A stretch of 36,640 nt of DNA from Octopus bimaculoides (lineage: Eukaryota), in assembly GCF_001194135.2 (NCBI RefSeq), contig NC_069009.1, forward strand, positions 531,098-567,737. The letters run 5' to 3'. Numbering within the stretch: the stretch's first letter is position 1; each line of letters opens with the position of its first letter. Positions 13,201 to 24,729 of the stretch are shown one piece after another. Position numbers and translations under genes: made by a program. The notes beneath the pieces were generated by a model. It saw only the letters and a program-made list of their open reading frames with translations, made no database searches and was not told the DNA's origin.

Positions 13201-13499
13201 TAACACCAACAAGATTAAGCAGAATTATTATATCCTACGTTTTTTAAGTTAGTTGGATGTGAATTGAAAGAGATTTAGCTGTTGTTTCAAGCAGCTACAC
13301 AGACACTCCTTATTTGGTTCTTGATGGAATGACCCAACAGACTGAACTACACTAACACCCAGCTTGTGGATTGGGAGTTGATGAGTTCAGATCTGTTTGC
13401 AAGTGTTTCGTTAAATTGTTGCACAGGACACCTTATCCTGTATTTTCTTTATTTCTTTGCCCGACTGCTCCCTTTTCTTAACCCCCCCCCTTTTAGTAT

Positions 13500-14017
13500 T
13501 CAGATTACTCTATCAAATGCAATGCTTATATGGTGTGCTTGAGAAGACCTGACAAGCCAAGTGAGACCGTAACCATGGCTTTTGCCAGTGCTGTTTAACC
13601 AGCCCATTTAAGAGTACCCTTCAATCATTGGACAATAAACAATGTTTGCAAAGACCTGTTGAGACAAGTGAAATTGGTGATGTGGTCGATGATAGTACCG
13701 CCTGATTGGCACCCATGCCAGTGGAACATTAAAAGCACCATTGGAGCGTGATCATTGCCAGGCCCACTGACTGTTTCTCGTGCCAGTGGCACGTAAAGAA
13801 GTACCATTTGTGTGCGGCCTAACTGGTCCTCATGCTGGTTGCACGTAAAAACACCCACTACACTCTTGGAGTGGTTGGCGTTAGGAAGGGCATCCAGCTG
13901 TAGAAACATTGCCAGATCAGACTGGAAACTTCAGCAGCCTTGTGGTGTGCCAGCCCTCAGTCAAATTGTCCAACCCATGCCAGCATGGGAAGCGGACGTT
14001 AACCGATGAGGATGAGG
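13500..14017 (+). mobile_element. SINE-like family A, longest copy
   Basis: Same core and 3' end, with internal duplications. Confidence 0.75.
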
Positions 14018-14089
14018 TATATATATACATAAATATATGAATATATATATGTGTGTGCGTGTGTGCATATATATATATATATATATATA

Positions 14090-14244
14090 AAGTATTTATT
14101 GACCTTTCTCTTTTAAAAATCGACACGAACTTTCCAGGCTTTAAAAAAAAAACCCCAGTTCTGAGGTGGATTCATTAAACTAAAAGTTCTCCACAGCTGT
14201 GCTGCAGCATGGCCACAGTCAAATGACTGAAACAAGTAAAAGAG
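14090..14244 (+). mobile_element. SINE family C, 3' fragment
   Basis: GCAGCATGGCCACAGTCAAATGACTGAAACAAGTAAAAGAG. Confidence 0.65.
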
Positions 14245-14304
14245 TGAATGTTCGGATGAAACCGAGAGAGAAATAATTAGGCAAAGAAAACCAATGAAGC
14301 GAAT

Positions 14305-14940
14305 TCAGCCAGTAAGTAGCGCCATCATGTGGAGAATCGGGGAAATTTAATCGTTTAAAGGGGAATAACTTCTATAGCAGTGGAAAAGTTGTATATTAAT
14401 GGTGAATTACTATCGGGCACTGACATATAAGAATACGGTAAGTTGACAAAGATTTATTTTAAGGCTGTAATGATTAGATATAGATATATATATATGTGTT
14501 AGAAGTATAATTTCCTATTTGATGTTCGTAAAATCATAGAGATCCAAGAAGTTTATTTTCATAAAATATTTAGTAATGATAAGTGGACCACAATACGAAC
14601 AACGAGTAAAAAGTGAGAAAAATATCGAGTTATTTTGAATAGAGGTTCGCCCTTGGACACATTTGAAAATTGTTCGACAATCCACGGCGAGTACACCAAG
14701 CAAAACAAGTAGCTGAATGTGAGAAGAAAGATCAAACCAGTGTCGTAATTGTATAGCTTTCATTGATTATCTGCTGAGCTGTAAGTATTTCGTTGGAATT
14801 CACAATAAAACGGGGAGCTGGAGGGTGTCTCCGCAAGACATACTAATAGAGACGAAATGAAATTTAAACTAAAACAAATTCGATTTTACGAAGATCAAAT
14901 ACGAAATAATGAATAATAATGTTGAATGGGGAAATATATT
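14305..14940 (+). repeat. Cassette spacer type B (gene 3 unit)
   Basis: Colinear homology with 29408-30020; GCCATCATGTGG at 14321; GTAAGT at 14438. Confidence 0.75.
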
Positions 14941-14973
14941 TCCTTGTCTTTTACAATTATATATATATATATA

Positions 14974-15378
14974 CATCATCATCATCTTTTAACGTCTGCT
15001 TTCCATGCTAGCATGGGTTGAACGATTTGACTGAGGACTGGTGAACCAGATGGCTACACAAGGCTCCAATCTGATTTGGCAGAGTTTCTACAGTTGGGTG
15101 CTTTTACGTGCCACCAGCACGAAGGCCAGTCAGGCGGTACTGGCAACAGCCACGCTCAAGATGGTGTATTTTATGTGCCACCTGCACAGGAGCCAGTCCA
15201 GTGGCACTGGCAACGATCTCGTTCGAATGTCTTTACACGTGCCACCGGCACAAGTGCCAGGAAGGCGACGCTGGGCACAGGTGCCATCACAATTTCGCTT
15301 TCGCTTGCCCCAACAGGTCTTCGCAAGCTGAGTTTAGTGTCCAATGAAGGAGACGACGTTGGAATGGGTGCCAATCGT
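14974..15378 (-). mobile_element. SINE-like family A
   Basis: (CAT)n tail; closely matches 1-359. Confidence 0.8.
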
Positions 15379-15665
15379 CATATATTTATATATATTCTCA
15401 ATATAAAATAGTGTTCATTTAAACACAAGAGAAAACTGCCTTCAAGAAGCAGTTTTTACCACTGAATAGTCACAAATCTATTACAGACATGATGAGAAAA
15501 TATATCAGTGAACCATAATAATTTCTTACCTCTACTGGGTCAGAACAAGTAAAATCTGCCTCCATAAACTGTGAACCATGCAAGCCTTGAAACTATGAGA
15601 ATATTGTTGTTGTAATACTTGCTATGTTGATTTACTGTTTTGTTCTATTTCCTCAATATCTTAAG

Positions 15666-15685
15666 GTTTTCTTGTATTATTTCAG
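15666..15685 (+). promoter_or_regulatory. Splice acceptor of the gene 3 coding exon
   Basis: TTTTCTTGTATTATTTCAG|AATATCACATC; exon starts at 15686. Confidence 0.75.
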
Positions 15686-15996
15686 AATATCACATCATGT
15701 TGGTATAAAAGAAATTTCTTACATCGGATGTGCATTTGATATTTTTATCAACTTACATTGAGTAAAAGGAAGACAATATATTTATAAGGAGCATTCATCA
15801 ATAAATCAACTTCTTTATATAAATTCAATCTATGACAAACAATGCTGAAATATTTCTTCTGTAAAATGGAATTAACAGCTACATTTTTTCATCTGTGCTA
15901 TCTAGAAGGTTAATTTACCGGTTAATTAAGCTTAGATAACGTTACAAAGGAGTTGACAATTTACATTGCTGTTTTAGATAATAATTAACATCACAG

Positions 15997-17481
15997 ATGA
16001 AAGAAACAGCAGAAAATTATTCCTTGGAAATAGTAGATCAACTGGACACAAACTTATTCATAGAAATGACAAATTCTTCTCCTATAATGAATAATTTAAC
16101 TAAACCAAAAAACCCTGATACAGGAGAGATGCCATATCACTGTAATATCTGTGGCAAAACATTCTCTCAAAGGATTTACTTGACTAAACACAAGCGTACA
16201 CATACAGGAGAGAAGCCGTATCATTGCAACATCTGTGGTCAATCGTTTTCTGAATCTTGTAACTTGAAAACACATAAACGTGTTCACACAGGTGAGAAGC
16301 CATATCACTGTAACATTTGTGGTAAATCATTTTCTGTTAGATGTAGCTTAACTACACACAAGCATACACATTCAGAAGAGAAGCCATACCATTGTGATAT
16401 CTGTGGTAAATCATTCATTAAAAATTGTAATTTGAATACTCACAGATTCAGTCATACAGGCCTAAAGCCATATCACTGTGATATCTGTGGTAAATCATTC
16501 TCTGTTAGATTTAGCTTAACTATACACAAACATACACATACAGGAGAGAGGCCATACCATTGTGATATCTGTGGTAACTCATTCTCTGAAAGACATTCCT
16601 TAACTAAACACAGACGTACACACACAGGAGAGAAGCCATATCAGTGTGATGTCTGTGGTAAATCCTTCTCTGTTAGATTTCACTTAACTAGACACAAACA
16701 TATACATACAGGAGAGAAGCCATACCATTGCGATATCTGTGGTAAATCATTTTCTCAAAATGGTAGTTTGACTACTCACAAATTCATTCATACAGGGCAA
16801 AAACCATATCACTGTGATACCTGTGGTAAATCATTCACTGAAAGATCTTCCTTAACTAAACACAGACGTACACATACAGGAGAGAAGCCATATCAGTGTG
16901 ATATCTGCGGTAAAAGCTTTTCCTACACCAGTCACTTGAAAACGCACAAACGTATTCATACAGGTGAGAAGCCATATCATTGTGATACCTGTGGTAAAAC
17001 ATTCTCTGAAAGATATTCCTTAACTAAACACAGCCGTACACATACGGGAGAGAAGCCATATCAGTGTGATATCTGTGGTAAACAATTATGTGATGCCAGT
17101 TATTTGAAAAGGCACAAACGTATTCATACAGGTGAGAAGCCGTATCACTGTGATATCTGTGGTAAATCATTTTCTCAAAATAGTATCATAAATAAACACA
17201 AACGTACTCATACAGGAGAGAAACCATATCAGTGTGATATCTGTGGTAAATCATTCTCTTGTAATAGTCACTTGACTAATCACAAACGCATTCATACAGG
17301 AGAGAGGCCATATCACTGTGATATCTGTGGTAAATCATTTCCTCAAACCAGTGCCTTGACTAGACACAAACGGACACATACAAGAGAGAAGCCATATCAC
17401 TGTGATACCTGTGGTGAATCATTTCTGCAAATGAGTGCCTTAACTAAACACAAACTGATACATACTGAAGAGAAGCCATAA
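15997..17481 (+). CDS. ZNF gene 3: C2H2 zinc-finger protein, 16 fingers
   Basis: 494 aa = 46-aa leader + 16 x 28 aa. Ends EEKP-TAA. Confidence 0.96.
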   Translation: MKETAENYSLEIVDQLDTNLFIEMTNSSPIMNNLTKPKNPDTGEMPYHCNICGKTFSQRIYLTKHKRTHTGEKPYHCNICGQSFSESCNLKTHKRVHTGEKPYHCNICGKSFSVRCSLTTHKHTHSEEKPYHCDICGKSFIKNCNLNTHRFSHTGLKPYHCDICGKSFSVRFSLTIHKHTHTGERPYHCDICGNSFSERHSLTKHRRTHTGEKPYQCDVCGKSFSVRFHLTRHKHIHTGEKPYHCDICGKSFSQNGSLTTHKFIHTGQKPYHCDTCGKSFTERSSLTKHRRTHTGEKPYQCDICGKSFSYTSHLKTHKRIHTGEKPYHCDTCGKTFSERYSLTKHSRTHTGEKPYQCDICGKQLCDASYLKRHKRIHTGEKPYHCDICGKSFSQNSIINKHKRTHTGEKPYQCDICGKSFSCNSHLTNHKRIHTGERPYHCDICGKSFPQTSALTRHKRTHTREKPYHCDTCGESFLQMSALTKHKLIHTEEKP

Positions 17482-17749
17482 CATTGCAAATCTGTGGTAA
17501 TTCAGTTTCTGAAAATGGTGTTTTAACTATACACAAACATGTTTATACAAGAGAGGAACTATGTCATGGTCATATCTGTGGTAACTCATTCCCTCATAGA
17601 CCTAACTTAAACGTACATAAATGCATTCCTACATGAGCAAAGCCATGTTAGTGTGACATTTATGGCAAATCATTTTCTCAAAAAAGCCACATCCATACAC
17701 ATGTGGGTGTTCACCGAACAGGTCTAGCTGCATCAGTGTCAAAGTTTAT

Positions 17750-18050
17750 TACATCAACAATTAAGACTATTCTGTCTGCTAAAAGTCAAGGATTTTTTTT
17801 TCCATCATCAGCTTTTTTACTGTCAATGTGAACCTGAAGTTGTCGTGATCTGTAAACATATCGACTCTGAAATAACTTGATTACTGAATGAATATGCCTG
17901 CTCTTGGATTTTGAGGAATTTGTTAATAAAGAATAAGGAATAAAAAGTTATACTGTAACCATTTTGTGTTTGTTTTGTTATTCTATATCTAAACACTGAC
18001 TCCTCTATACCTTAAATCTCTCAACTGGCACAAATCACACTCCTTCAATA
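17750..18050 (+). terminator. Conserved 3' module with poly(A) signal, gene 3
   Basis: AATAAA at 17939-17944 followed by a GT-rich tract; homologous to the gene 4 and gene 6 modules. Confidence 0.6.
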
Positions 18051-18109
18051 CTATTTTCTCCACTGCCAATTGTGGGAATTTTTGTTTTGCTAGGCACTTG
18101 GTTAATCTG

Positions 18110-18320
18110 TCAGTGCTGTTGTCAAATAAAAAGCACTGGTGCTAGGAAGACAGCAGTAGTGCTGGTGCCATGTAAAGAGATTTTGGTGCTAGTCCCATGG
18201 TGCTATGTAATGAGCACAGGTGCTGATGCCAGGTAAAAACAACTAGCAATTGTACCATGTGAAAAAACTTCTACAAGTGAGGTTGCCTTTTAGAAAGCTC
18301 TGGTGATGGTACCACACACA
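18110..18320 (+). repeat. Degenerate AAAAGCACTGGTGCT minisatellite (old family A interior)
   Basis: Short degenerate repeats; counterpart at 22640-22930. Confidence 0.55.
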
Positions 18321-18339
18321 ATGGGAAATTCGAGAGAGA

Positions 18340-19650
18340 GAAACCCTATCGATTAAAATAACTATTCTGAGCATTCCTACTTAAACGGGTAACGTTTTGT
18401 AGTAGAATATATGAATACACTTTATTCAAATAACTTGGTAGAAATTTGAAAAAACTTCAATCTGAAGCTATTGACGAAATGGGACAAATGCAGCCAGTCA
18501 GCAGAGCCATCTATTGGAGAATTGGCGGAATACAATCATATAAAGGGAAATAACCTCCACAACACTTCAACCTCGTACCATTGGAAATATTAATTACGGT
18601 GATTAAATTACCAGTCATTTGATCGTTGTTTATATCTGAATACGGTAAGTCGGCAAACATTGACTTTGATGTTAATAATGCTACTGATAACGATGTAAAT
18701 AATAGAATTATGTTCACCTCTAGGTGAAACATAGGGAAACATATTTGCTTGTTTTATTTGTTTCCTATGAAATCCTATGACCGACTGTTACATGTGATAT
18801 AAAGTCAGTTATTTTATGAAATGAGAGTAAAGCGGCGCAATTAATTAGTAGAATGAAAGGAAACCGATTGAAGAAAACCACATTAATTAATGTTGTCCTG
18901 TTGGGTTTTATTTAAGCAAAGCGGTCCAGGCGCGCGCACTCGCACGCGCAAATCCGCGCTAGATAGTCGCGACTAGTCGATCCTACAACGACCATCTAGC
19001 GCAAATGCGCAAAACATGTATGAGGGTTTTTTTTTTATTTTTAAACAAAGCAAATAAATTTTCTTTTTTTGAATCTTCCCCATCTTACTCTTAAAACGTC
19101 GTTTTACGTTCTTCCAGGGTGTATTTTGGTGTCACATCTATTTCAGTAATCCCATTGTACGCACTTCAACAATCAGAATTGGTTTCATAAAGTTTTTTAA
19201 TAAGTGGAAGAAGAGTTTCAGAAGAACGGTCAGGTACAAACACTAAAAACCTATTCTAATCCTCTCTATCCCATCCTCCGTTGTATTTGCACATCATAGA
19301 TTCATCTGTTTCTACGATGTGCCCAAGTCCACCAATTTGGTAGGGGTTACGCAAAAGATAGTTACTTGTACTGATACCATTGAACAACCAGTAGATTTTG
19401 AAAGACCGACTTTTTAATGGACTCTTCACCAAAAACAGGTAGTGTATAATTTATTTACTTTGTTTAAAAAAAATTATTTACTTTGTTTAGAAAAGTAGTC
19501 GTAGGATCGACTAGGCACGACTCGCTATTGCGGATGCGCGAGTGCGGACACTGGGCTCCACTCTTCTTGAATAGTACCGTTCTGTTGTTTATGAGACATT
19601 GATAAAACGGTCAGTTGAGAAGGATTTGCTCTTAGGTTATATTAATAATT
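18340..19650 (+). repeat. Cassette spacer type A (gene 4 unit), interrupted by a Merlin element
   Basis: Motif at 18506; GTAAGT at 18645; the spacer resumes after 19587. Confidence 0.75.
18904..19578 (-). mobile_element. Merlin (IS1595/ISXO2-like) DNA transposon, internally deleted
   Basis: GG...CC termini with imperfect TIRs (GGTTTTATTTAAGCAAAGCGG / GGTACTATTCAAGAAGAGTGG). 9-bp TSD GTCCTGTTG / GTTCTGTTG. Minus strand reads IGGLGHIVETDES...FVPDRSSETLLPLIKK...SDC.SAYNGI, with frameshifts. Confidence 0.85.
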
Positions 19651-19659
19651 GGATTGATT

Positions 19660-19990
19660 TCAAACTTTGTCCCAGGGCCAGCAATCTTTGATGCGAGCGG
19701 AATGTCGGTTAAAGAGAACCCAGATTTTCTTGAATGAAATAAAAGACAAAGTTGACCTCGGCCGTTTTTGAACTGAGGACTTAGAATACTTTCTGGGTTA
19801 ATAAAATGATGATGATGATAATGTTGTGTACTTTAGGCACACGGTTTGAAATTTGGCGGGAGGGCGTTAGTCCTGCCACCATGGACTCCGGTGCTCTACT
19901 GCTTCTTATTGTATCAATTCCGAAAGGGGCAGACAAAGACGACCTTGATGGAATTTGAACTGTAAGAGCCAGTATACTGTCGGATTTTGT
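19660..19990 (-). mobile_element. SINE family D remnants
   Basis: Two degenerate copies of the same pattern. Confidence 0.55.
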
Positions 19991-20723
19991 GAGCCCTTCG
20001 AAGTTACAATAATCATATTGAAGTGAAAACACAGAACAACGTTGGAAGAATATACTTCGTTGTGTTAGATCTGTTTTAAAAACACTCCGGAATTGAGTGT
20101 TGCATGTGATCATAAAGTATATAGATAAAAGATTTGGTGGATTAACGGTAGTTCCAAAATGTTAGGTGTACTTTAAATTTAATAAGTGTTTAACTGAACT
20201 AGGGAGATCACTTATGGTTGTCAGATCAACTGTTCTAGTTACCTACGGATCACGATGAGTTAAATTTAAGCAGATAATAATGTGTCTTCGTGCAACAGCT
20301 CTGCGAAATTTTTATGTTGTATAAATCTTTTTTCTGTTTTGGTTTTCTCTTACAACAAAGGTGTTTGACTCGAGCAAAAAAAAAAAACAAAAAAATAGTG
20401 CAATAGATGTACAACAACATGTAGTAAACGAATATGAAAAGAGAAATTAAATTTTGTGACCGGGTGTTAACGTTGAGTTTTCGGATCCTGTGAAATGATG
20501 ATTGTGGAACACCCCACACGCATGTGTGCGTGTACACGTGCACGCACACATATATAAACTCGAACATCAGATGAAATGGGCATGTGTGAGAGAAAGAGAA
20601 GGGCGGGGGTTGTGTATTTGTGTATACATTCATATATAAGAATTTTGGGCTGTGTGCCTAGAGTAGAAAAAAATATTTCCAAAGTTGAATTACTATGTCA
20701 TTTAACTGTCTTCTTTATCTGAC

Positions 20724-20743
20724 TGTTTCTTTTTCTATTTCAG
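20724..20743 (+). promoter_or_regulatory. Splice acceptor of the gene 4 coding exon
   Basis: TTTCTTTTTCTATTTCAG|AATATTACATC; exon starts at 20744. Confidence 0.75.
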
Positions 20744-20944
20744 AATATTACATCCTGTTCACAAGAAAGAAATTACATCGTTCAGATGTGCCATTGATAT
20801 TTTTATCAACTTTTATTGACTACAGAAAGATGATATATTTATAAGGAGCATTCATCAATACATCAACCTCTTTATATAAAACATATTCAGAGAAATGTAA
20901 AAGACTCTTTCATTGTTATATGTACAATAAGTTATTCTCTCATA

Positions 20945-22171
20945 ATGAATCATTTAACCAAACGCAAAAACCCTGATGCAGCAGAGAAACCATATCACTG
21001 TAATACCTGTGGTAAATCATTCTCTCAAAGTGGTCACTTGACTATACACAAGCGTACACATACAGGAGAGAAGCCATATCATTGTAATATCTGTGGTAAA
21101 TCATTCCCTGAAAGTGGTGCCTTGACTAAACACAAACTTACACATACAGGAGAGAAGCCATATCATTGTGACACTTGTGGTAAATCATTCTCTACGAATA
21201 GTCAACTGATTTGTCACAAGCGTATTCATACTGGAGAAAAGCCATATCATTGTGATATCTGTGGTAAATCATTCTCTCAGAGTGGGGACTTGACTAGACA
21301 CAAATATACACATACTGGAGAGAAGCCATATCATTGTGATATTTGTGGTAAATCATTCCCGGAAAAGAAACATTTGACTCGTCACAAATATATTCATACT
21401 GGAGGAAAACCATATCATTGTGATATCTGTGGTAAATCATTTCCTGAAAGTAGTGACTTGAATAAACACAAGCATACACATACAGGAGAGAAGCCATATC
21501 ATTGTGATATTTGTGGTAAATCATTCTCTGAAAATAGTAATTTGATTCGTCACAAACGTATTCATACTGGAGAGAAGCCATATAATTGTGATATTTGTGG
21601 TAAATCATTCTCTACAAATAATTATTTGACTTGTCACAAGCATATTCATACAGGAGAAAAACCATATCATTGTGATATCTGTGATAAATCATTCTCTCGA
21701 AGTGGAGATTTGACTAAACACAAACATACACATACAGGAGAGAAGCCATATCATTGTGATATTTGTGGTAACTCATTTTCTTCCAGTAGTCATTTGAGTC
21801 GTCACAAACGTATTCATACTGGAGAAAAACCATATTATTGTGCTATTTGTGGTAAATCGTTTTCTCGAAATAGCATTTTAACTTGTCACAAAAGTATTCA
21901 TACAGGAGAGAATCCATACCATTGTGATATCTGTGGTAAATCATTCTTCTATAATAGTCAGTTGACTTATCATATACGTATTCATACTGAAGGAAAACCA
22001 CATCAGTGTGATATCTGTGGTGAATCATTTTTTAGAAATAGCGGTTTAACTAGTCACAAACGTGTTCATACAGGAGAGAAGCCATATCATTGTGATGTGT
22101 GCGGTAAATCATTCACTCAAAGTGGTACCTTAACTAAACACAAGTGGACGCATACAAAAAAGAAGCCATAA
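20945..22171 (+). CDS. ZNF gene 4: C2H2 zinc-finger protein, 14 fingers
   Basis: 408 aa = 16 + 14 x 28. Ends KKKP-TAA. Confidence 0.96.
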   Translation: MNHLTKRKNPDAAEKPYHCNTCGKSFSQSGHLTIHKRTHTGEKPYHCNICGKSFPESGALTKHKLTHTGEKPYHCDTCGKSFSTNSQLICHKRIHTGEKPYHCDICGKSFSQSGDLTRHKYTHTGEKPYHCDICGKSFPEKKHLTRHKYIHTGGKPYHCDICGKSFPESSDLNKHKHTHTGEKPYHCDICGKSFSENSNLIRHKRIHTGEKPYNCDICGKSFSTNNYLTCHKHIHTGEKPYHCDICDKSFSRSGDLTKHKHTHTGEKPYHCDICGNSFSSSSHLSRHKRIHTGEKPYYCAICGKSFSRNSILTCHKSIHTGENPYHCDICGKSFFYNSQLTYHIRIHTEGKPHQCDICGESFFRNSGLTSHKRVHTGEKPYHCDVCGKSFTQSGTLTKHKWTHTKKKP

Positions 22172-22309
22172 TATTCCAATACCTGTGCTAATTATTTTTG
22201 GGAAAAGTTTGTCAATGTGACATCTGTGGTAAACCATTCTCCCCAAAAAAACGCACATGCATTCACATTTAGGTATTCACAAGTGTAAGTGAATCAAAGG
22301 CAATGTTTA

Positions 22310-22560
22310 TAAAACAATTAATTTTATTTTTCCTGCTAAAAGACTTTTTTTTTCCTCATCATCAAATTTGTCATCCGTAAAAATATTGACTATGAGATAA
22401 CTTGATTACTGAAAATTCCTGCGGTTGAATTTTGAGGAATTTCTTAAAAAAGAATAATGAATAAAAAGTTAGACTAAACATTTTGTGTTTTGTTAATCTA
22501 TATCTAGACACTGACTCCTCTATACTTTAAATTTCTCAACTGGCACAAGTCTCATTCTTT
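22310..22560 (+). terminator. Conserved 3' module with poly(A) signal, gene 4
   Basis: AATAAA at 22460-22465 followed by a GT-rich tract. Confidence 0.6.
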
Positions 22561-22639
22561 AAATACTGATTCCGTCACTCCCAGTTGTACGTTTTTTTTG
22601 TCTTGCAAGGTTCTTGGAGATCATGTCAGTGCTATTTTC

Positions 22640-22930
22640 ATAGCAAAAGCACTGGTGCTGGTGCCATGTAAGGAGACGTGCTGCTTTTGTCATGTAAAAG
22701 GCCTTGGTGCTGGACTCTTATAAAAAGCACTGGTTATGACGCTATGTGAAGAGCACAGGTGTTGGTGCCAGATAAAAGCACTGGTGACGGTATCACATGA
22801 AAAGCTATACTTTGGGTGGTTCCCACGTTAAAAGCACCGGTGCTGATGGCTCGTAAAAACACCTAATGCACTCTGTAAATTGTTTGGTATTAGGAAGTTC
22901 TTCCTGAACTAGAAACCATGCTGAAACAGA
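22640..22930 (+). repeat. Degenerate family A-derived minisatellite
   Basis: AAAAGCACTGGTG units ending in a decayed TTAGGAAG...AGAAAC core. Confidence 0.55.
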
Positions 22931-22939
22931 CAATTGATG

Positions 22940-23480
22940 TGAGAAACCCTGTCAATTAAAATAACTATTCTGAGCCTGGTTACTACTTTAGTGGCTAATG
23001 TTTTGTAGTAGAATATAGGAATACACTTTGTTCAAGTAACTTAGTGGAAATTTGAAAATACTTCAATGTAAAGCTATTGACGAAATGGGACAAAGGCAGC
23101 CAGTCAGCAGAGCCATCTATTGGAGAATTGGTGGAATACAATCATATGAAGGGAAATAACCTCTACAACACTTCAACCTCGTACCGTGGAAAATATTAAT
23201 CACGGTTATTAATTACCAGTCGCTTCATCGTCTTAAATAATGATTTCCAAACTGAAATGTTGATTTGTTTCCTATGAAATCGTATGACCGACTGTTAAAT
23301 GTGATATAAAGTCAGTTATTTTATAAAATGAGAGTAAAGCGGCGCAATTAATTAGTAGAATGAAAGGAAACCGATTGAAGAATACCGCATTAATTAATGT
23401 TGTCCTGTTGTTAATGAGATACTGATAAAAGAGGTAAGTCGACAAGGATTTGCTCTTAAGTTATATTAATAATAATAATG
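22940..23480 (+). repeat. Cassette spacer type A (gene 5 unit)
   Basis: Highly similar to 18340-18900; motif at 23112; GTAAGT at 23434. Confidence 0.75.
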
Positions 23481-23516
23481 ATAATGGTATAACTACGGAT
23501 TTCGGTGAGACTAAAG

Positions 23517-24310
23517 TGTTTGACCCGAGCAAAAGAAAGAAAGAAAAAATAATAATGTGTAGTACATGAATATGAAAAAAAAAAAAAAAAATGCGCGGCG
23601 AAAGAGAGGCTAATCGGAAAATTCACATCGGGGATGTTCCGAGTTTTCTCACCACTTCCCCGTTCGTCGGCGAAATTTCTTTTTCTTCATATTCGTTTAC
23701 TACACATTATTTTACACCTAGTATAGTATTTTTTTATTTCAATTTTTTTTTTTTTTTGACGGGCGTGAATGGGGTGCGGACTCGGATAATTCACGCTATC
23801 CAGTAACTCCACTTCGAAACCCGGTCACAAAAATGAAAAAAAAAAAAAAANNNNNNNNNNNNNNNNNNNNNNNNNNNNNNNNNNNNNNNNNNNNNNNNNN
23901 NNNNNNNNNNNNNNNNNNNNNNNNNNNNNNNNNNNNNNNNNNNNNNNNNNNNNNNNNNNNNNNNNNNNNNNNNNNNNNNNNNNNNNNNNNNNNNNNNNNN
24001 NNNNNNNNNNNNNNNNNNNNNNNNNNNNNNNNNNNNNNNNNNNNNNNNNNNNNNNNNNNNNNNNNNNNNNNNNNNNNNNNNNNNNNNNNNNNNNNNNNNN
24101 NNNNNNNNNNNNNNNNNNNNNNNNNNNNNNNNNNNNNNNNNNNNNNNNNNNNNNNNNNNNNNNNNNNNNNNNNNNNNNNNNNNNNNNNNAAAAAAAAAAA
24201 AATGCGCGGCGAAAGAGAGGCTAATCGGAAAATTCACATCGGGGATGTTCCGAGTTTTCTCACCACTTCCCCGTTCGTCGGCGAAATTTCTTTTTCTTCA
24301 TATTCGTTTT
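23517..24310. repeat. CpG-rich hairpin / palindromic modules flanking a gap
   Basis: TCGGAAAATTCACATCGGGGATGTTCCGA at 23614 and again after the gap. Outer inverted arms AATAATGTGTAGTA..GAATATG / CATATTC.TTTACTACACATTATT. Confidence 0.7.
23851..24189. other. Assembly gap
   Basis: Run of N. Confidence 1.
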
Positions 24311-24511
24311 TTTCTGCCCCCACCTCACCAAATTTGGATGAAAATTTCATTTAAAAATATCTATTTTTCTGTAAGTTATTTTGTAACAATTTCAATTCCT
24401 CAATGGATATTGATCCATGCCAAAATAGGCATTAAATATATGACAATGCTGATGTTGTAATATTTACCATGTTGAATTGATATGTCATTTAACTATCCAC
24501 TTAATTTTACT

Positions 24512-24531
24512 ATGTCTTTTTTCTATTTCAG
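24512..24531 (+). promoter_or_regulatory. Splice acceptor of the gene 5 coding exon
   Basis: TCTTTTTTCTATTTCAG|AATATTACATC; exon starts at 24532. Confidence 0.75.
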
Positions 24532-24729
24532 AATATTACATCATATTGAAATAAAAGAAATTACTTCATTCAGGTGCCTTTGATATTTTTATCAACTTTT
24601 ATTAACTAAAGGAAGACGATATATTTATAAGGAGCATTCATCAATACATCAACCTCTTTATATAAACATATTCAGAGAAATGTAAAAGAGACTTTCATTG
24701 TTATATGTACAATTAATTACTCTCTCATA

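Noticed and set aside
14018-14088. (TA)n/(TG)n microsatellites (also 1503-1524, 6697-6724, 8966-9020, 30780-30860)
   Set aside because: Ordinary simple repeats with no special arrangement.
24190-24310. Exact duplicate of 23581-23698 as a distinct biological duplication
   Set aside because: It flanks a gap and may be artefactual; it is counted only as part of the hairpin-module observation.
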